A stretch of DNA of 57,270 bases, filler included, from Basidioascus undulatus (GCA_000826855.1; 6 parts of 6 records of this genome joined end to end with filler, not necessarily neighbours in it), one strand, 5' to 3'. Positions 34,990 to 47,750 are shown, counted from the whole stretch's first letter. A program made the numbers and translations. The notes: generated by a model from the letters alone, not told the origin.

Positions 34990-35196
34990 TCAATGCAGGA
35001 CGTACAAGTACCCTCGGTCGCCTTGACGTACGCTCACATGGCGCCCTGAGAATTGACGGTGCTCCAGTGGGAGAGTTGTTACTTGACACGTCGACGCGGA
35101 GCTGGCCAGAGGGGACTGCGCGGGCTCGACGGGCGAAGTTGTCGCGAAACCGGCACTGAAAGCGGGTACGGCGAGGGCGGCGGTGATGGTGCGCAT
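34990..35196 (-). CDS. Possible first exon of a small secreted protein
   Basis: Signal-peptide-like MRTITAALAVPAFSAGFATTSP followed by a GTAAC donor. The remainder is not resolved. Confidence 0.28.
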   Translation of the reverse strand: MRTITAALAVPAFSAGFATTSPVEPAQSPLASSASTCQVTTLPLEHRQFSGRHVSVRQGDRGYLYVLH

Positions 35197-35869
35197 GATT
35201 GTTTACTTTATTATTTCTCGAGCGTATCAGTGAGTTAACGGGCGAAACGAGCTGAGGACAAAGACGAGGGATCCCCCCAACGCCGGCGGGGCTTTAGATA
35301 TTATTTGTCCACCGCGGAGACAGGTCGCAGCTGTGTATGCGTACGTAGGCGAGGGCCAGGGTCCCGTACGAGCTACAGTCACTCTGTCGCAGAACGTGCA
35401 TGGTTTGCGGATGGTAAAAACGCATGCAGTCCTCGGTGATCGCGGTGAGTGGCCGACTGCACGTATGGCAAGGGATAGAGATGTGGCACCGCCATGGTCA
35501 CCCTTTCGCGCCTCTGCATCTTCCCACTTCCACTGCTAAACTACTAACAATGAAAACCATTGCCCGGGTGATCTATTGGCCTCAAGTCACACGTTGTTCA
35601 GTTTATGAGAAGTACCAGCCAACACTCGCTCACACATAATTTTGCAAGTTCCGTGGTAGGATTATGGATGGATCTTGAGTAGTTGACGTACAGTTGTGTT
35701 AAGATCCAGCTCAGGAAAAGGGGGGACTTCAAACTGCCTCTTCTTGCAGGCGGAGCAGACGCGGCAGATCTTGGGATGGGCACGACAAAGACACGATAAA
35801 GATGTATCGAAGTTGCAAGAAAGAAAGACAACGCGTTGCATACATTGAGAAGATTTGCAGTGCTTTTGT

Positions 35870-37448
35870 TCAAAAAGTGTCCAGCGTGACATCATCGTAC
35901 AAAGGGGAAGGGCCTTGGGGCGGACCCAAGTAGCGCTCGAACTGGAAGCGAAGACGCTCGACTCTGGCCCTGTCGCCCATGAACTGTGTTGTTGAACGCG
36001 TCTCAGTCACAGGTCACATGCAAGGTTGAGAGTCTTGCCATACCTTGTGGAAATCGTGTGGGTGTGTCGGGTACTGCTCGTAGGCTGTAATACGACAAAG
36101 CGATTCAGTTGCAAGGTCTGGCCCAGTAAGCCGGTGGAACACATACGTCCAAAACCCGCAGGCGGGGGGATGTCCGTTCTTGTACTCCAGGTCGACAGTA
36201 GCCGCTGATATGTCTCGCCAGTAGCGAACGCAACGAAGAGCTTCGCGGCCTCGGGGTGCTCAGCAGTCTTGAAGATCGCGCCGGTCTGGGGCCACGAGAC
36301 GAATTGATCCGTCCTCGGCGGGGTTGTGCACAGCGCGGGACCGCATGTGAGGCCGACACCGCCGCTCGTGAAGCTCACACCGCGTTCGAAGGTCGGGAGC
36401 CAGAGGCGAGGGGATTGAGCGCCCCGCACCCACTTTGGCTCGTTCGCGAGGAGCGCCTCGAACCAGGACCAGCCGTGCGCGGCGACTGCCGTCGTGAACT
36501 GAAAGAGCATTGCATCGTCGTCGTTGGGATACCTGGCGGGGAAGGAGTTGTGGGTGGGTAAGCATATGAATTATGAAGGAAGAAGCAGAAGTTGTGGAGA
36601 AACACAACTCACGTCAGGACGATCTGGCCTTTCCACTTGGGGTCGACGTAGTCGGTGTACTCCCTCGGGGCTTCCTCCTCGGATACCGTCGTGAAGTTGC
36701 GGACGTTTCTGTCCAGGGTAAACTTTCAGAACTCTTCGCTATACTTACAACAGGCCATAGAAGAACGTGAATGCTGTAATCCAGTAGCCGGCAAAATAGC
36801 CGTCGGGGTCCTTCATGCCCGGGCGTATCAGGTCCCAAGCGGCAGGCTTGTAGGGAAGCAAGTCGCCCTGGTCGCGCCACCTTTCGAAGTCTTGAAGTGT
36901 TTGGAGACTATACAGGTGTTAAAGAACATACTCAGCTCAAGTCCAAGCAGCTGTTGGAAGGAGGCCACTCACACGGCGACGTCAACACCGGCAGAACCCG
37001 TCGTTTGCAGCTGCACGTCGATCCAGCTGTCGTGGTACTTGGATACGTCCGTGATGATAGTAATATCGATCAGGGGAAACTCCTTCACAACATAGGGAAG
37101 GCATTCAGCCACAGCCACCTGAAAGGATAAGTGTGAACGTATCGCACCTGAAGGAAAGCATTCTGCATAAGAGCTGCGTCAGTCACAGAGACCTTTCAAC
37201 TTTGGACCTTGAGAGAGCATTCCGGTTCTCACCTTGAAAGAATCCGCCACATACAACTCATCACCTCCCCAGCGTACGACGAGCTTTCCGCCTTCTTGTA
37301 CAGCAGCATCGTAGAGCTCCTCCATGGGCCGGATGTCAGGTGTGATGGACGGTTCCGGTGTAGCGTGAGTCAAAGTGGGCAAGGTGAGCAGGGCGGTGAG
37401 AAAGTTGGCAGCAATGCCGACGGCGGTGGCAGCAGATCGGTAGACCAT
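35870..37448 (-). CDS. Secreted periplasmic-binding-protein type II homolog (bacterial ABC Fe3+/thiamine/polyamine SBP-like)
   Basis: Signal peptide; LYDAAVQEGGKLVV, DVSKYHD, LQTLQDFERW, KDPDGYF, DPKWKGQIVLTYPNDDDA, FVSWPQTGAIFK..HPEAAKLF, FMGDRARVERLRFQFE; intron-spliced frame ends at TGA 35870-35872. Confidence 0.85.
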
Positions 37449-37950
37449 GTTACTTTTAGCAGCAATGAGATGTTGGATGGGTGCGGGCGGGTCATTTTTA
37501 CGCGATCGAGGATTTTATAAGGAGAGCTTGTTTACGCCAAGAATCGCGCCCAGGAGGAAGACATCGTTATACCTTGTTACCCTTCAGGAGAAGACAAACC
37601 ACAAACAACGTGTGCGACGATTTCTCGGTAGAGCGAGAAGCAGCATGCCATATTTCGCGCGAGCTTCGGGCCAGGGGGCGGACGAAGTGGCTGATTGTTG
37701 GCCTGCCGCGAGCAAGCAACTCAAAAGATGTTTTAAATCACACCGTCAATGCAGTTCTGAGACTTTGAGCATACGCAGCGTGCACTTTTGAGTGCGAGCG
37801 AGCCAGCATGCAGACTCGCATCCGCTTTGCCTTGGCTCAAATATTTGACGCCACAACGCTCACAGACTTCACGAGGAACAATCAATAATCAGCATACTTT
37901 CCGCGCTCATACAACAACACTCTCCTCCTCCTCTTCGACCTTCCCCATCG

Positions 37951-38213
37951 ACCTTCGTCAAGCGCTCGCTAAGGCCTGAAGAGTGGATGACTAACAGGGC
38001 TGGAAGGGTGGTGGTTCCCGACATCTGTGTCCAGCGCTTGCGCAACGAGGCGACGGCCATCCAATACATCAAGGAGAACACAGACATCCCGGTGCCTACG
38101 GTGAGGTGCGCTTTCGAGGACGATAGGGCCTTCTACCTCATCACCGACTTCGTGGAAGGTGTTTCCCTTTCGGACCTTCCAGAGGAACAGAAGCCTTCCG
38201 TCATAGCAGAGGT
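37951..38213 (+). CDS. Aminoglycoside-phosphotransferase / choline kinase-like protein, N-lobe; truncated by the gap
   Basis: KRSLRPEEW...RLRNEATAIQYIKENTDIPVPTVRCAFEDDRAFYLITDFVEG is typical of fungal APH-like kinases. Confidence 0.75.
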
Positions 38214-38313
38214 NNNNNNNNNNNNNNNNNNNNNNNNNNNNNNNNNNNNNNNNNNNNTTAATTAATTAANNNNNNNNNNNNNNNNNNNNNNNNNNNNNNN
38301 NNNNNNNNNNNNN
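38214..38313. other. Artificial contig spacer
   Basis: 100-nt N/TTAATTAATTAA linker. Confidence 0.98.
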
Positions 38314-40267
38314 GGGGGGGGGGGGGGGGGGGGGGGGCGGGGGAGGGGCGTGGGCGACGGCTAATGCGCTGGGCATTGGCCCGGACGGGATGATGGGGGG
38401 TGGGCAGGGCAACGGGCGCGGCACGCAGATGTCCGCGACGAGGACCCATAGGCTCCGCGTTCTCGCGGTCACCAAACTTGCCAACGCGTACAAGCTCGAC
38501 GAGATCGCTGCGAGCGTGATGGTCATGCAGGGCGCCAGTGCGCTGGACGATTTGGCGATTCGGGTTCTGAAGCAGGGTGGGTCGGTCGTGTGATCAACCG
38601 GTCCATTGTTGGTTGCTGACGTCTCTGAAACACGCAGAGCCGAACAACCTCGACGCTCAATACGTTCAGTTCTTCCACGAGAAGATCCCCTCTCGGTTCG
38701 TTCATCTCTTAGTCTCTTCGGCGGACATGCGCTCACCGCCTCGCTACCGCTCCAGCATGCTCGCCGAGTCGACGACAACCGAAGTGCTCGACTCGCTCAT
38801 CGCCGCGCAGCCGCAGCACCTGGAGTACTACCGGACGCGCGGAATCGTGCGCTGCTTCAAGGACGAGTACCCCGCGGCGATCCGGGACTTCACGTTCGCG
38901 CTCAACCAGGCCAAGGCGGAACGCAAGGCGAAGCAGGCGCACGACGAGCAGCGGCGCGAGGCCGCGTCCCACGGACCACGCAAGAAAGGCGGCAAGGTTG
39001 GCGCGGGTAAGAAGCAGCGCTCGCTGCCTGCTGCGACCGCGGCGAACTTGGATGCCGTGCCTACGTCCGCGAACGATTACCTCGACCCGATCGAGCCGCA
39101 ACTGCTGGTGAGTTCTTCGCCTCTTCTTTCGCATCACATCGCGTAGCTCACGCTCAACTTTTCACACAGTTCCTTCGTGGTGCGGCGTACATCCAGCATG
39201 CGGTCTACCAGATTGAAGAGGCGATCATCAAGCTCGAGGGCATCCGGCGGCTGCGCGAGGGCGAGGGCGCCGAGCTGCGGCTGTGCTACCTGGACGACGG
39301 GCGGTACGGCGGCACGGAAGCCGGAAACCCCGCTGGTCCTCTGGGCGCTCGCGGCCGGCCGAAGCTGCAGGCATACCGCGCGGCGCTGGCGGGGCCCTCG
39401 TTCCGGGAGCACATCTTCACGCTGCTGCGCAAGTGCATCCGGGACCACGAGCGCTTCCTGTCGCACTTTAACGTGTGGGACGCGACGGGGAGCGAGCTCG
39501 AGGAGCGCCTCAACGCCCGCTCCGAGACGGCACACGCGCTCCGCGAGCTCCGGGCGCGCCAGGCCAAGGCCGGCGTCGAGGGCTCGCTCCTGTACACGAC
39601 TTACCACCCCCTGCTTGTTGAGAGCCATTACTCCATTCTCCTCTGCAGCCTCATGCTCGGCGACTTTGCTACGCTCCTCCCCGCGCACCACAAGGTCCTC
39701 CGCCTCGTCGACTCGTACGACGGCTACCCAGCATTCCTCCCCGCGAGGTTCGTTGAGTCCGCTTCTCTGTGCCATGGCCCCTCCTACTGACTACGTCTCC
39801 TGTTCTCGATTTGCAGGAGCATGGCTCAAGCCGAGTACACCGAAGTTCTCGAGCGCCTCGTCGGGGGCTGGGACTTCGGCCTCCCGCCCAGCCGCGCGCC
39901 AGGCAAGCCGCTCGCGATTGACTCAGCCGCGTACATCCCGCCTCCGCCGCTGCTCACCCCTCCGCCTACGCCGTCCGGCACCGGTCCCTCAACCGGGCGA
40001 AACGGCAAGTCCCCCGCCGGCCCGCTGCAGTCGACGCCTGAGGAGTGCCTCGACGCGCTCCGGACGCTGCTCGGCCTCGCGCAGCGCAAGATGCGCGAGC
40101 GCGAGCAGGCCAAGCAGGCGCGCGAGGCGGAGAAGCGCGCACAGGGCCAGGCGGGCAATGGGCTGAGCTCCATTAACATCCCCCTCCACGGTCCGCGCGT
40201 CGAGGTCGTCCTCGCCTGGCTCGCGGCGGTGCATCTCGTCGAGGTGGAAGAGGCCGCCGAGCGGTGA
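38314..40267 (+). CDS. Conserved uncharacterised fungal TPR-like protein; 5' truncated
   Basis: Spliced frame AYKLDEIAASVMVMQGASALDDLA..VL, YVQFFHEKIPSR, TPR-like YYRTRGIVRCFKDEYPAAIRDFT, TYHPLLVE, DGYPAFLPARSMAQAEYTEVL. Confidence 0.75.
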
Positions 40268-40416
40268 ACGGCGCCCTGAGCGCTTCTTTTCTTGTCCGTC
40301 CCAATGGGACACCGCCTGCCTTTGCTTTGCCTTGTCCACCACAGGAATCGGATCCATCTGTTTGCCCACACCTTGTGCTGTGTTCAACTGTTTGGATCGA
40401 TGCGCGCGGTCTATTT

Positions 40417-41264
40417 CTACTCGAACAGCTTCGCAAGTCTCTGCGCCTCAGCCTCCATCTGGACAAATAAAGCCGTCAGCATGCATCGGGACAAAATGAT
40501 CGTCGCGACATGCGACCTACATCTTCCTTCGTGCGCGGCGTGCGGTCCTCGTCCATGTGCAGCGGCTCTGCACGCTCCGCGGCCTCGTGCGCTTTCTCCA
40601 CGTTCGCCTTGTCCAGCGCATCGTACACGGCATCGAGCGGCTTGAAGTCCGCGGGCTTGCGGGGCAGCATGTGGACGTGGACGTGGGGAACCGTTTGGCC
40701 AGCCGCGGGACCGTCCTACAACGTTCATAATAGAGTGTTAGCATGTAATGATGGCCTTATCAGGAAACGACGAGAGGGCGTCGATGGCCGGGAGAAGACT
40801 GACCTGCACCGCGAGCGTGAGGGACGTGGCGCCGTACTCCTTCTCAACGACCTGCTCATCGGGGTTAAGCCTGCATTCTGACAGCTCAGGTATGAGATGC
40901 CCTACATTTCCGACCTTCTGGGCAGTCTGGAAAAGATCGGCCACCTCGTCCGGCCGAAGGTCACACAAACGGGGCACGACGCGTTGAGGAATGATCAAGA
41001 CGTCTGCAGGCCCACGAACCGTGAGCAAGCTTTGGGGCAGCACATGGCAGTTGTATCGGATTGGAGCGCTCACGGCCAGGCACGACAGGCATGAGGTTCA
41101 CGATTGCGGCGGACAGGGGAGACCGGTAGAAGGCCTGGCTGCGAGCGGTGACCCGCGAAGACGATCGAGAGAGGTCAGTTTGGGTAACTTCGAGGATGCG
41201 GTGAGAAGTAATCGTGGTACGTTGTGACGTCAAAGACATTAAAAATGAGTTTCTGCGCCGACAT
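40417..41264 (-). CDS. HNT2: Diadenosine triphosphate hydrolase, FHIT/Hnt2 (HIT family)
   Basis: [35 protein letters not shown] (histidine triad), C-terminal [18 protein letters not shown]. Confidence 0.93.
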
Positions 41265-43616
41265 GAGCAGTAACTCTATTGGGTATCGAGCGGAGACGTG
41301 AGGATGCTGATGGATGGAGGTCAAGACGCGCGTGCCTGGACGCGGCTGGCTAAGAACCGCGACGGCAGTCTGGTCGAGCGGCTTCGAATGACTCGCAACG
41401 GGCGTTTCCAAGCGTTTCACTTGGGCACTTTTAGGGGACTAAAAGTAGGGCAAATAAAACATAAAACAACAAATTCGTTTACAACTCCTTTAGCCACTCC
41501 CAGTCCGACCAGTCATCATCACTCCCCGTTGCCGAAGCATTTCCGAAGGGCGGTCGCAAGACAGTTGGTAGCGAGTGGAAAGCGCCGTTGCGTCCGACTC
41601 CATCGACATGTAACGCCACCACGTTATTTGCCTGTAGAAATCTGTTCAGAATCTAGACTGCCTCTGTGCATACGGGAGGCACGCACCCTCAGTGAATACG
41701 TCAATGGCAAGCCAGGAATCGGAAGATTCCCCTTCGCCAGATCGAGTGTAACGGTCCCGTTTGGGAGTAGCTATTAACAAATGCTACTTGAGGGATTTCT
41801 ATCCTAGGAAATATATCTGGATAGTGGACATACAGTTTGGGCGGTAATTCGTTTCCTGAAGCTAGGTTGGTCTGCCTTTCCCGAGCAAGCGGCGTTGTTA
41901 CACTCGGTCGCATTGTGTTGCCAGTCGAGGAAGATTGCATGCTTGGGCAGGATGTGGTACCTTTGTGCCGAGAAATTCAGTATGGAATAGATAGTGCCTT
42001 TGGATGTGTAAGCTGCTCACGATAGGAGGTAATTCAACGCGTGTCGGCCGCGTGGACTAAACAGGTAATGGCGCAGGGCAGATGGCAGCGCGTTGAACGC
42101 GGCATTCGTGGGTGCAAGGACCTGCTGCCTGGGATTAAGACGTATCTTGACTAGATTCATGACTTGAGCTGTACCCACAGTAACTTCCGGAGTCGATTTT
42201 CCGATCTCGTCATGCAGCCGTGCTAGCCAGAGTCCACTGGTGCTGCGAGATTCGTTGCGTTAGTATTCTTCCTCTCGCGAGATTCACTTTCAGAAAGTAC
42301 TCACAAGGTGCTGAAATCTGAAGGGTTGCCATACAGCTCAAGCAAGAGGCTCGCCGGGGGTTCGAGCGGCGAATCGATCGCGTGAAGTACGCCTTCACCC
42401 TTGCGAGTGGTAGTCAGATACTGTCTCGAACCGACCATCAGCTGAGAAAGAAGCTCACCGTTCTCCGCATCCAAATCTGGGTGGACTATGGTCGAATACC
42501 CGTTGAGTGCTACTTTCGGGGGGATCGCTACATGCGGGGAAGCTGTAAGTGAACTTCAGCCTAGCCTTTTCACCGTTACCAACAGAGCAAGTGGCGCACT
42601 GAATCGGCGCTCGACGCGCAGCCGTTGATTCTCCCCACAAATACCGCGCTTAACTTTGAGTACCGTGGGCACGGTCAGGTTGGAGGTGAGGCTTTTCACA
42701 TCCCATGCGCCGAGAAGAGTGTGGTACCGCAACGCGGCTTGTCTGTTGCGTGCGTGCCAGAGGGTGCCCATACATGAGATGTCTTGAGTATTTTAGTCAT
42801 TCATGCGATATTAAGGATGGAGAGTCCTCACACGTAGTGCTTGTAGTCCGGTTTATCGGGGTCAGGAACCGGGGGCTGCGAGTAGGAGCTCCAGCTACCC
42901 GCGAATTGTTCGAGCATGTCTTCTTCGCGGTCAACAGGCGCAAAAAAACTGCAGGGTGTCACAGCATTAAAAAGATCCTGATACTTTACTTTCCACATTG
43001 GGCGCACGCACGTAATATCCTGGCCCTCGTGCAGCAATCTTGCCGTGTCCGGGGACCACATCCTGATGATTACGACCAGCTACTCTTTGCTTTTGGTCAG
43101 ATTCCTTCCCGCGACGTGAATTACCGTCGTACCTTGGAGAACTGTGGATCAGCAACCAGACGCTCCCAAATCGTCTCATTCCCACCCGGTCTATCTGGCG
43201 GTGACGCTGGCAAGGCCAGCGATTGCCCCCAGAGCCACCCGAGGAGGCTCACGGTCGTATGCTGGAGCCCAAGCCCTGCATCGGAGCGGAATGTGGAGAG
43301 AAAGCGGAGGGCCGCGCCCTTGTCCGAAAGAAGGAGAATGCCTATGAGCAGTAGCGCGGTAATTGCGGTCATTGAGGAGCTGAGTCGAACGGCGGAAGGC
43401 GCGGAAGCGGCGCTCTTGCAAGTTGGAAGGGCAGCTGCATCCGTGAACTCTGCTGATCTGATGGACATCAGGCGCTTCCTGGAAAAAAAGGATTTCGAAG
43501 CTGTGATGGCATACTTGGATGCGCACTCGGTGTACTGGAACTGACTTTGGAATGACACTTCCAGACAGGCTGTCACTATTCAGAGTTTTCCCATTGCATG
43601 AGATACAATGGCGGTT

Positions 43617-45158
43617 TTACAGTCCCGCTTGCGTCCTCTTCCACTCTAGCCACCGCTCCTCCTCCTCGCGCCCGCCCGAGAAACGCCTCGCCATCCTGGT
43701 GAAGCTCGAATCCCGCGTGCGCAAGGTGGTCGGGTCGAGCGTGTTCAGATGCGCCTTGGCCAAGCTCTCCCATGCGTGGTACCTGTGCCGTACCGCATGA
43801 GTTCCATAAGATCCACATGTGACACTCAAAGCATTGACGGAACGCGCACCCAAGCTGTCCGGTAGCTTCGAAGTCGTACGACGTGTCCTCGTGCACTAGA
43901 CGGATCGATGCCTTGTCCCACAGCGGATAGAACATCGCAGTGGGACCGAGTACAGTGATCTCCTCCGGGTTTTGGCGCGCAAGCCTCTGCAGTACGGTCG
44001 AACTCAGCGAATCAGAGAGGTACAATGCAGTGGACAAGACCAGCTGGAAGGCTCGCCCAAGGCAGCAGGATGCTGTGGGCAGGCGTCGGTGCGTAAGGAC
44101 TGTGTATACTTCGAATCTAGGACGTCATATCGGCGCACCTGTGATTGTCCCAGTTGCTGTCGTCAAAATTTGTGTACTATACCTCTGGGATTGAGCTACG
44201 CCTGTGCGGTGGCAACGTGAAGTCTCGACCTACCAATTGCAGCCAATCCCTGACAAAGCGCGCATTCGGCTCGGCCACGATGATGGCGTTGCACAGTCCC
44301 TTCGGCTCGAGCCCTTTTGCGCCAGAATCGGTCGATCCCTCCAGACCCATCACCTGGTGACAGGTGGGGTTAAGGGGCGAACGCAGGAGATGGGGACTGA
44401 GACGACGAACCACTTTCTGCTGCAGTAGGCCCGCGACAACGAAGTCGCGCAGCGCAAAGACATCAATCTGTAGCAGGGAAGTTTCTCTCCGTCAGCGCAG
44501 AGCGATTATACGGCGCTTGACAGAGACACACATCCATATAGATCCCGCCGTACTTGAGCAGAACCTCGAGGCGCAGGACATCGGCCTTGTGCGCGTAATG
44601 CTCGATAGGCTGGCCAAAAATGTTGTTGACTTCTCTCGCTCGGACGAGCGTGAGGTGTGGCCGGATCTGCTCAAACCAGTAGCCCTGCGGCAAAGTCGGA
44701 CCGTGGTGGAAGTAGATCTTGGACGGGCGGAGGGTGAGAAGCGCCGAGCGCATGGCGAGGTACTATGGTAGAGAGGCCAAATCCTCATATCAGCCAGCTT
44801 TACAAAGGTTTGTAGATCTGGAAAACCAAACATAGCCGACCTGGAAGTACTTGAGCTCCAGTCCCCGGTCGCCAGCAAGACCAAAGACGTAGTGCACGAC
44901 GTTCGGTATACGAGCGGGAGGCGTATCCAGCGTGGGATCCACCGGTTCATCTTCTGGCTGGAGTGCTTCTCGAAGAGGCGGTATGGAATGCGAGGGTAAC
45001 AGAAACGGGATCGGCGCGCAGGTGACTGCCGATGGTTGAAAAGGCGCGGTGGACCGTCCGAGAAGAAACGAGGCAATCAGCAGAAACAGCGAAAGAGCAG
45101 CGAAGAACAGCGAGCGGGTTGTTTGCTGTCGACGAGAGATTATGAGCGAGAAGTACAG
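43617..45158 (-). CDS. Glycosyltransferase family 32 (DxD), type II membrane protein; start codon unresolved
   Basis: TM anchor, IPNVVHYVFGL, AHKADVLRLEVLLKYGGIYMDIDV, GLCNAIIVA, WDNHSILLPW, YHAWES. Confidence 0.9.
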
Positions 45159-46751
45159 CTGTTACTAAAGGGAAGCAAACGAACGGGATGGAATGGTATG
45201 GACGATCGACTCGGAAGCGGTAGTCCCGTCTTCCCAAGAGATGCCCAGCGCGGCAGGAAGGCCGCGGTTTCCTCCGAGAGTCTTTGCATCGACAACCGAT
45301 CGAAGCTGAAGGTTAGGTGGAGTCGGTGAGAGGGTGGTAAGAAGGCAAGAAGATGAGCTGTCCGAAGTGCACTATCTCAATGAAGCCGAACAAGCTTGTT
45401 GCAACTAGGTAGACAGCGGTCCGTGTCCGGCGAACCCATGAGCTAGCTCAGCGAGGTGCATGCCTTTTTAGCACGCAAGCACCATATGAGCTTCAGTGAA
45501 TTCTTGAATCATACATTTATTCCAACAAGTTCAATTGTGAAGAGGTTGTACGTTACTTTGTCTGGTGGGTATATACGGTTTAGTTTTGCTACAGTGGCTG
45601 CGGAGTGCCACAACGACTAATTGCTCCCCATAGACTCCTCTCTTCCGTGTTCCTTTGATCGAGTCAGCTCCGACCTACGGGATACAGAACCCCAAAAGAG
45701 TTTATAGTATTTCAGAGGACTGAAAAGCAGCTGCAGGCTCGGTGCACGACTCTGACAAGTCCTTCCGCTTTGGTGACATGCTGCCCATGTGTGCAGCCGC
45801 TGACGCACTGCAAACCCGTCGCCGCGCTCGGTCTGCGTAAGTATCCACAAAGAAACCCTGTTTCAATATGAGATTGAGCCTTCCAGCACTTTGATGGCAG
45901 GTCCAGGAAGCTGAGGTGAGCGTTCAAGGGCTGCTCCAACTCAGCAGCTGCCAGACTTCCCTGCGTTGGTTCTGGTTGCGTGAATCCGAGAAGCACGGAT
46001 TCGCGCGATATTGGAAAACGGTGGGACTCTTTGTGTGTGACTCTCTTTGGCGCTGGGAACGTGAATGTGACTCTTGGAGTTCTGGTACCCAAGCAGAGCC
46101 TGAGCGTGAGGACGGTAGACCATAGACTGCCAGCTCGAGTAGGAGCTTTCGAAGAATATGTGCCCAATCAGACATGGTTGATTTCATGTAAAGTAGGAAC
46201 TAGGCCGTACTCCTCTCTATCCAGAAGCGAATAATGTCCAGTTAGTTGCAGCGACGCCTGTCTGCTTCGAGACCACCGATTCGGGATGTGAGATTGGTTA
46301 CGACCGCGCCAATCACGATTTGGTACGTATCCGTACAAGTCCAATTAAATCCAATGGGGCTACCACTGTTCAGCTCCAATGCGTCCGTGACTTCGATAAG
46401 TGACGGGGGAGAGGGTTGAGTGGCTAAAGATCGGACATCTCCATGCGGGACGTCGACAGCGTGTCTTGTCCGGCTGCCGCTCCTCGTATGCTGCCGCTCT
46501 TCGCGTTTTGTCGATCACGCATGAAACGTGTACTGGATGTAGTACAACGAAGCAGTAGATTTGTGCTGTTTGAGAGCAGTGCGAACCACTCTCATAAAAT
46601 GACTGTGTTGGCGGCGTATCGCACCTGCCAGCAAGCGCCTCTCGACTGCGAACCGCACTCCCCAAACCAGCGTAATACAACAGCATATCATATCTCAAAT
46701 CACTGCCATCCACCCACTCAAGAACGCATGCACTCCACCCGCCTCCCCATC

Positions 46752-47750
46752 TCACCGCCCTCTCCTCCCCCCGCCCCCACCAAGCACAAGCCTCTTCTTG
46801 CTCTTCTTCGGTGCCTTCCCACTAGTCCCGCCCATCCTGCCGCCCCCCTCGCCGACCATACTATCCTCCAGCGCATCCCACGCGCGCTCATACTCCTCAT
46901 CCAGCGCCGCCTCCTCATCCCTCCTCCCCCGGCCCCCACTGCTGCTGCCCCCGCCGGCGGCAGAGGCGAACGTCGGCCCGCTCCCCCAGCTGGGCGCCGC
47001 CGGGCGCGCAGCGTATTCCGCTGCGGAGAGCGCGAGGGCGGCGGCGAGCTCGTCGTCGTCCGGAGGCGGGGCGGAGAAGGACGCGCGCCGTGCGGAAGCG
47101 GAGGCGGATGCGGAGGGCGTGAAGGTGGACGTGAACCCCTCCGAAGCGTACCGCTCGCGCTCGAGCTCGCGCTCGCGGGCTTCGTGTCGGGCTAGGGCGC
47201 GGTCTTCCTTCTTAGTCTGTTTCCCCAATCCTCCCACCAAATCAGCCACTGCGCCGACGCAAGGACAGAACATCTCGCATGCACCTTCTCCTTCCTCTTC
47301 GCCCTCCTCTGCTTCAGCGGGCCCTCAAACGCCCTCCTCGTCTCCTCCCCCACGACCTCCTCCAGATCCGCCTCCACAAACACCACATCCGCGCCGCTAG
47401 GCACATGCGCGAGATACTTGCACCTCTTCCTGAGGTCCTCGTCCATGGTCCCCTCGTCCGCGCGCTCGACGCGGAGGGCGAGGCGCGCGGGGAAGGAGGC
47501 GTAGGATTTGAAATGGTGCAGGAGGAGGCGGATGTCGAGTGGGTGGAGGAAGATGAGGTGCCCCGAGGCGGACTGGTAGAAATAGAAGTCCTTGGCGTCC
47601 GGGGGCGGGGGGTTCACGTTCCGCCGCGGCTTGGAGGACCGCGGGACGGTCGGCGGCGCCGGGGGAGCGGGGGCGGAGGTGAGCCACGGAGTGATCGAGG
47701 TAGGTTGTATGATTTGCTCAGTAACGGAAGGTCGTGAGAGTGTGTTTTTC
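46752..47750 (-). CDS. RNF10/Mag2-like E3 ligase, C-terminal part; RING domain outside the contig
   Basis: FYFYQSASGHLIFLHPLDIRLL...LRKRCKYLAHVP..ADVVFVEADL; tail KKSKKRLVLGGGGGRR. Confidence 0.85.

Noticed and set aside
37951..38213. Antibiotic-resistance gene interpretation of the APH-like ORF
   Set aside because: It resembles the expanded fungal APH-like kinase family of unknown substrate, and the catalytic half is missing from the contig.
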